Shown piece by piece: positions 59,520 through 64,000 of a stretch of 64,000 bases of DNA; positions within the stretch are counted from its first letter, which is position 1, and the number at the start of each line of letters is the position of its first letter. The notes under the pieces were generated by a model, which was not told where the DNA came from, did not search any database, and saw only the letters and a program-made list of their open reading frames with translations. A program made the translations under genes and the position numbers. The DNA comes from an uncultured bacterium (lineage in GTDB: Bacteria > Patescibacteriota > Minisyncoccia > UBA6257 > 2-01-FULL-56-20): NCBI GenBank assembly GCA_963705915.1, contig OY970126.1, positions 296,306 to 360,305 of the forward strand, read 5' to 3'.

Positions 59520-60164
59520 TCAGGAATTGCGAGAGAAGACGGGGTTGCCGTCGTTCCACCTGACGCCGTCCAAGGCGACGGCACCCGCGAACCAGCCGTC
59601 GTCGTTCCAGCCGACGTCGACCGCGCGAAGCACGCCTTCGCGATCGCGAACGTAAAAGATGTTTGCCCACCCATTATTGAGCAGGACACCTTCGCCGCCA
59701 TTCGCCTGACGCTCCATGAGTCGCCAGATTTCCGCGAGGGTAACTTCCGCAGCAGTTTCGCCACCAAGATCGGCGATGATCTCGCTGTCGTTCGCGCTCT
59801 GGGTTAGCGTGAGCGGTCGAAGCTCCCCTTCGGGAAAATCCTCCTCAACCTTGCCGCCGAACCAGCTCTTGAAGTTCGAGCCGTGTTCGACCATCTTGAC
59901 GCCAGATTTCTTGTTGAAGAAAGTTTTGTCCGCATTGAACGGGAGGCTCTCGGTCGGCGGGGGTGTCGGGATCGGTCGGAGAATTTTATAGATACGCTTC
60001 TCAACAGGCCCCTTCGGACGGTTCCGAATGGCCGCAACCATTGTTGCGATTGCGTCCTTCGGTTGTTGAAACACGAACTGCCCATCCGAGTTTGAAAGTG
60101 TCTTGAAGCAGGCTTGATGGGTCACGAGTTGCCCCATCATTGCAGGGATCTGTTGTTCAGTCAT
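59520..60164 (-). CDS. DGR target protein with C-terminal variable region
   Basis: Start MTEQQIP with an AGGAGA RBS; ends VLRAVDVGWNDDGWFAGAVALDGVRWNDGNPVFSRNS, which the VR encodes. Confidence 0.9.
   Translation of the reverse strand: MTEQQIPAMMGQLVTHQACFKTLSNSDGQFVFQQPKDAIATMVAAIRNRPKGPVEKRIYKILRPIPTPPPTESLPFNADKTFFNKKSGVKMVEHGSNFKSWFGGKVEEDFPEGELRPLTLTQSANDSEIIADLGGETAAEVTLAEIWRLMERQANGGEGVLLNNGWANIFYVRDREGVLRAVDVGWNDDGWFAGAVALDGVRWNDGNPVFSRNS
59521..59635 (-). repeat. DGR variable repeat (VR)
   Basis: 14 core substitutions versus TR, all at TR adenines; one 1-nt indel; IMH/IMH*-like differences at the 3' end. Confidence 0.93.
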
Positions 60165-60302
60165 GGTATTTCTCCTTGTGACCGTTTCTACAGTACTCTG
60201 CTGTTGGATTTGGCGTATTGGTTTCGCCACAGCCCACAAAGGCTTACTCAAAGCCACTCTGGGCTGTAGCAAAATCTCCCTCTATCAATGTACTATGCCC
60301 AC

Positions 60303-60332
60303 ATTATATACCATAATAACCCACTCTGTCAA
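60303..60332 (-). promoter_or_regulatory. Sigma70 promoter for DGR target gene
   Basis: TTGACA-18 nt-TATAAT on the minus strand. Confidence 0.65.
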
Positions 60333-60366
60333 GATCGCCATTCTTATCTCGTACTTACGCATGTCC

Positions 60367-60636
60367 TTATGAATGCGTCTCCACCGCCTCAAATGTTTCC
60401 GAAACTGCCTGGGTGGTATTCACAACTTTCACTTTTTCGTTTCCATATTTAGTTCTGAGCACAGTCATCAATTCGTCCGCGTATGATGGCGAGAGCACTT
60501 CAACACCGGTGAAATCCAAAACCACATCCTCCGTTTTGGCGGTCCCATTGACGATCTGCTGAATACGCAAAGCCGCCTCCCGTGCTACAGGACGGCCGTT
60601 GAGTACGGTATTAAATTTTGACATTTGGACGGTCAT
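60367..60636 (-). CDS. STAS-like (DUF4325) protein
   Basis: LNGRP, VVLDFTGVEVLSPSYADE. Confidence 0.8.
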   Translation of the reverse strand: MTVQMSKFNTVLNGRPVAREAALRIQQIVNGTAKTEDVVLDFTGVEVLSPSYADELMTVLRTKYGNEKVKVVNTTQAVSETFEAVETHS

Positions 60637-60648
60637 TTGAGTGATTAC

Positions 60649-61473
60649 TTATTGCTTATATTTTACCACAAAAGATGCGAGAGTGCCGACGATAGGAAAT
60701 ACGGAGTGAGCCTTCTGTCCGTTCCCATCTACGACAACGAGACCAGATCCCGAATGGATACGTACTATACCATCAAATTTATTGATTGTCCAATCTTGGA
60801 TTACTTTCAATCCGTTGCCGCGCGACTCCCCCACTCTTCCCGTCACACCACTCATCCCTAGCACAATTGCATCCTCATCGCTCGCAATAGATTTATTCGC
60901 GGCACGCAGTGATCCACTGAAGCCGATTCCCGGATCGGCGACAACGATTTCAATACGATGCTTGTTCGGATTATGTTGCGCAAGAATGATCGCGCCACGA
61001 ATGCTCGATGGCCACTGTCCATCGTTGTGATCAAAAACGTTATTGCCGAGTTCGCCAACGAGCGCCGTCGCCCGCGCTTCATCCAATTCGTTCAATCCGA
61101 AATGCCTGAACATCCTCCGTATCTTTGACGAAAGTTGGGCCTCAAGCGCATCGCGGAATTCGCAATGTAGGATCTCACACACATCATCGCTATCGTGCTC
61201 GTTGATCTCTAAAGCGCGGAGGGGCCCCAAGAAAGAATTATACGTAAACTCCATTAAAATCTTATTAAAATGCATCCGCTTTAGGTACGTAAGCATGTCA
61301 GCATCCTTCGGCAGGACAAGGTTCTTGTCTGCCTGATCCTTGAATTCAATCCCCTTGAGGCATGCCAAACCAATGGCCCACGGGTCGAACCATGTTGCCT
61401 TTTCAAAATTAATCGTATGGCCCGGAAAAATTTCCTGATACCTCTTGTATATCGTGTCGAAGGTAATATCCAT
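60649..61473 (-). CDS. STAS-like + HATPase_c (anti-sigma kinase-like) ATP-binding protein
   Basis: GELGNNVFDH (N box), ADPGIGF (G1), RGNGL (G2). Confidence 0.8.
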   Translation of the reverse strand: MDITFDTIYKRYQEIFPGHTINFEKATWFDPWAIGLACLKGIEFKDQADKNLVLPKDADMLTYLKRMHFNKILMEFTYNSFLGPLRALEINEHDSDDVCEILHCEFRDALEAQLSSKIRRMFRHFGLNELDEARATALVGELGNNVFDHNDGQWPSSIRGAIILAQHNPNKHRIEIVVADPGIGFSGSLRAANKSIASDEDAIVLGMSGVTGRVGESRGNGLKVIQDWTINKFDGIVRIHSGSGLVVVDGNGQKAHSVFPIVGTLASFVVKYKQ

Positions 61474-61737
61474 TGGCTCTATTTTAACACAGTGCCGTTC
61501 GGCGCTGGCATGGATCGTATAATTCTTCCTTTCTCATCACGACTCACGATCACCCGCGCGTAGCGCAGAAATGGCAGCTTTATTCGAAATTCAAAGGGAA
61601 TTACTGGTTTTTTGTTGTTATCGATTGTGTTCTCACGATGCCGATGGAGAGTTTCATAAGTAACAGATCTGAATCCAAGGAGTATTATATAAGGAAGCGG
61701 TCGAAAAGCAACCACACCCCGTGATATAAAAACTATT

Positions 61738-63051
61738 ATGAAAAAAATATTCTTATGTGCAGCGCTCTCCGCCTTCCTCGCGACGACGGCCGTGGGAGCA
61801 CACGTTTTTGCGCAGACAGCATCGGCGGGCGCGTCTCTCGGTTCGTCGATTTCGAGCGGTGCCATGCCACCGATATCGGCTTCGGGCAGCGGTTTTGTGC
61901 AGTTTAATAATCTGACGGTGCAAGCCGTTTCGGGAGCGTCGGCGCCGGCCACAATCACGGCGTCAGCGCAATTCTATCCTCAACTCCCACCGGGAGTCGG
62001 CGCCACCGTGCCGCTCAACGGCTCGACGGGCGTCTCCGTTGGCACGAGCGGCGCAGCAGGAAGTGCTGCAAGTGCGTGCTTAAAATATAATTCAGAAAAT
62101 GCTTCGACGGGCCTTGTGATCCCCTGCCCAATGACACCGCCAGTAAATCCGGGCGGGCCTTTGATCCCCGTGAGCAGCAGTTCGGCGAGCGCAGCAACAG
62201 GTGCAAGCATGCCAAACATCGCCGTTGCAGCTCCCTATCAAATCGATATTTCGACCAACACGGAGCTTATGTTCCGCGACCGGACGCCAGCAACCCTCGC
62301 CGACTTCGCGCAAGGTGACACTATCAACGTCTTCGGCTACTACAATGCCGACGGCAGCATCCAAGCCTATCTCGTACGCGATATCTCAAAACCGGTCGAG
62401 ACGCAGACAATGCAGCTCGATAACGTAACGCTCGCCTCACTCTCGGCTTCAAACGTACCCGCCACGCTCGAGGTGACGCAAGCGCAAGGCGCTCCGTGCC
62501 TTGGCTTCAGTGGAAACACCTCAGCCCAGATTGCTTGCCCGATGGGAGTCATGGCCTTCCCGGGGAATCCTGGCACGACAAGCGCAACCGCCCCAACCCC
62601 GAGTGGTGCAACACCGAACTTTGTACTCCTTCGAAAATATGTAGTGAACGTCGACAGCCAGACGATCATTCTCGACCGGAACCGGACGCAACTCTCGCTC
62701 GCGAGTCTCAATCCGGGCGATACGTTGAACGTGTACGGCGAGACAAGCGATAACGGCCAAACGATCGACGCCGATATCGTCCGCGACCTTTCCATCCCGC
62801 CCGCACCAAGTTCGGTGAACGGGACCGTTACCCAGGTGAACGCCGATGGGTCATTCGTTATACAGACAGATAACGGCCAGACGCTTACCGTGCAGAATCC
62901 AGTGAGCGTGGGAGAAACCGTGACACTCCAGGGCATGATTAACAGTGCTCAAAATCTCATCACTGAAATCTCGCGCCTCATGATCGCGAGCAGCACAGCG
63001 CCAATGCCCGTTCCACCCCAAAACGGACTTGAAATCCCAGCAAAGCGCTGA
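61738..63051 (+). CDS. Secreted protein with duplicated OB-like (DUF5666-like) domains
   Basis: Signal peptide; repeats VQFNNLTV/MQLDNVTL, IPCPM/IACPM, RDRTPATLADFAQGDTINVFG/RNRTQLSLASLNPGDTLNVYG. Confidence 0.7.
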   Translation: MKKIFLCAALSAFLATTAVGAHVFAQTASAGASLGSSISSGAMPPISASGSGFVQFNNLTVQAVSGASAPATITASAQFYPQLPPGVGATVPLNGSTGVSVGTSGAAGSAASACLKYNSENASTGLVIPCPMTPPVNPGGPLIPVSSSSASAATGASMPNIAVAAPYQIDISTNTELMFRDRTPATLADFAQGDTINVFGYYNADGSIQAYLVRDISKPVETQTMQLDNVTLASLSASNVPATLEVTQAQGAPCLGFSGNTSAQIACPMGVMAFPGNPGTTSATAPTPSGATPNFVLLRKYVVNVDSQTIILDRNRTQLSLASLNPGDTLNVYGETSDNGQTIDADIVRDLSIPPAPSSVNGTVTQVNADGSFVIQTDNGQTLTVQNPVSVGETVTLQGMINSAQNLITEISRLMIASSTAPMPVPPQNGLEIPAKR

Positions 63052-63063
63052 CGATCTCTTCTT

Positions 63064-63936
63064 CTACTTCGGCTCTTCAAGTTCCTGGAGCGGCGGAGGC
63101 GCGACGCTCGGCGGTGTGTTCAAATCGATATCAGCCTGACCACCTGGACGGAATATAAACGTAAATCCGAACGGGTCCTGGGGAACTTCCGGAATAATTC
63201 CGGCGGTCACGAGCTCCTGGGTTGAGGTTGGATAACTACCGACGTGCTCCTTATAGATTTTCGCCGCCGCTTCAAGATAATCAAAAATCTCAAGCCGCGT
63301 CACATATGCTTCCGCCCGCTGCTTCGTCGCTTCGTCGTTCGTGGAACTCGCAATCGTCTCCCATAACTGTTCGGTCTCTGCCCGTTGATCGGTGCCTATA
63401 CCAAAGTTCAGTGCAAAACGCTCGGCGTATTCCGGTACGCCGGGCGTTCGTGCTGCCATGTCAAAATAGGTAAGCGCCGCCTGCTCGTTTTCGTCGTCCA
63501 AATAATAATCGATGGCCATGTAATACGGGATGCGCCAGTCGGGGTCGGCATTTTGCAATCCTTGCTGGCCTATCGCGAGCGCCGCGGTATCACTCGCTTC
63601 GCCCGGGAAACGGCCGGGCGGAACCGCCGGCAATGTGAGCACCGAGAACGCGTAGGGGTAGGCAAGCTTTGGATCGACTGAGATGACGTATTGCACGTCG
63701 GTCAGATATTCGGTGCGTCCGGCAAAAAGATCAATCACTTCGGGCATGGTACTCGCCCAGAGCGTTGAGGCGACCGTCGAATGGAACCCCATGTCGACGA
63801 GGCGGATAAATTCCGGCGACGTATAACTTGAGAGCGGTGCCGGCGTTGCGGCGCCTACAAGCGAACGGTCGTAGTCATATTGCAATATAACGATAATCGC
63901 AAGAAGCAGGACGATGACGAGCGGCTTTCGTGCCAT
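63064..63936 (-). CDS. Membrane-anchored TPR-like protein with GspG/pseudopilin-like C-terminus
   Basis: N-terminal TM from MARKP; helical repeats; YKEHVGSYPTSTQELVTAGIIPEVPQDPFG. Confidence 0.65.
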   Translation of the reverse strand: MARKPLVIVLLLAIIVILQYDYDRSLVGAATPAPLSSYTSPEFIRLVDMGFHSTVASTLWASTMPEVIDLFAGRTEYLTDVQYVISVDPKLAYPYAFSVLTLPAVPPGRFPGEASDTAALAIGQQGLQNADPDWRIPYYMAIDYYLDDENEQAALTYFDMAARTPGVPEYAERFALNFGIGTDQRAETEQLWETIASSTNDEATKQRAEAYVTRLEIFDYLEAAAKIYKEHVGSYPTSTQELVTAGIIPEVPQDPFGFTFIFRPGGQADIDLNTPPSVAPPPLQELEEPK

Positions 63937-64000
63937 GCTAAATCTCTTTTTTATTGAAAATCCAAACTCCGGCCGTGAGGAGGAGCGCAATATAAACTGC

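Larger units (their letters stand above)
57671..60164 (-). mobile_element. Diversity-generating retroelement (target-VR / TR / avd / RT)
   Basis: RT, four-helix accessory gene, and a TR/VR pair with adenine-specific mismatches. Confidence 0.95.

Overview
Chromosomal window from a small-genome bacterium. The gene families (Thr/Ser-rich 'ATST'-type secreted proteins, short hinge-less SMC, CysRS with WHIED, leaderless genes) suggest Patescibacteria/CPR, probably Parcubacteria; this is inference. From left to right: (1-14 kb) a cluster of large secreted/surface proteins, with cohesin-like and dockerin-like proteins, a paralogous small/large fibre-subunit pair, an O-antigen-ligase/TPR protein and a fibre protein with an autoproteolytic chaperone domain; (14-29 kb) sod, tRNA-Gln, a full kdp operon with two small peptides and a kinase-less KdpD, TrmB, a DEAD-box helicase, the cyoEABCD bo3 oxidase (cyoB frameshifted) and lexA; (29.3-29.8 kb) a highly structured, unassigned candidate large ncRNA; (30-39 kb) ECF sigma, Trx/DsbB, hydrolases and a MarR-efflux operon; (39-57 kb) housekeeping genes (smc, rnc, nusB, rpmF, rnhB, hrcA-grpE-dnaK-dnaJ with CIRCE, corA, cysS, dnaB, recR, ychF); (57.7-60.3 kb) a complete diversity-generating retroelement with an inverted avd. 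The most unusual observation is that two separate tRNA loci (Ala-CGC and Lys-TTT) share a 'tRNA-inside-a-tRNA' layout. In each, an intact tRNA is enclosed by long inverted repeats, preceded by an AAG-loop hairpin, and sits between the 5' and 3' pieces of a split, slightly diverged copy of the same tRNA.
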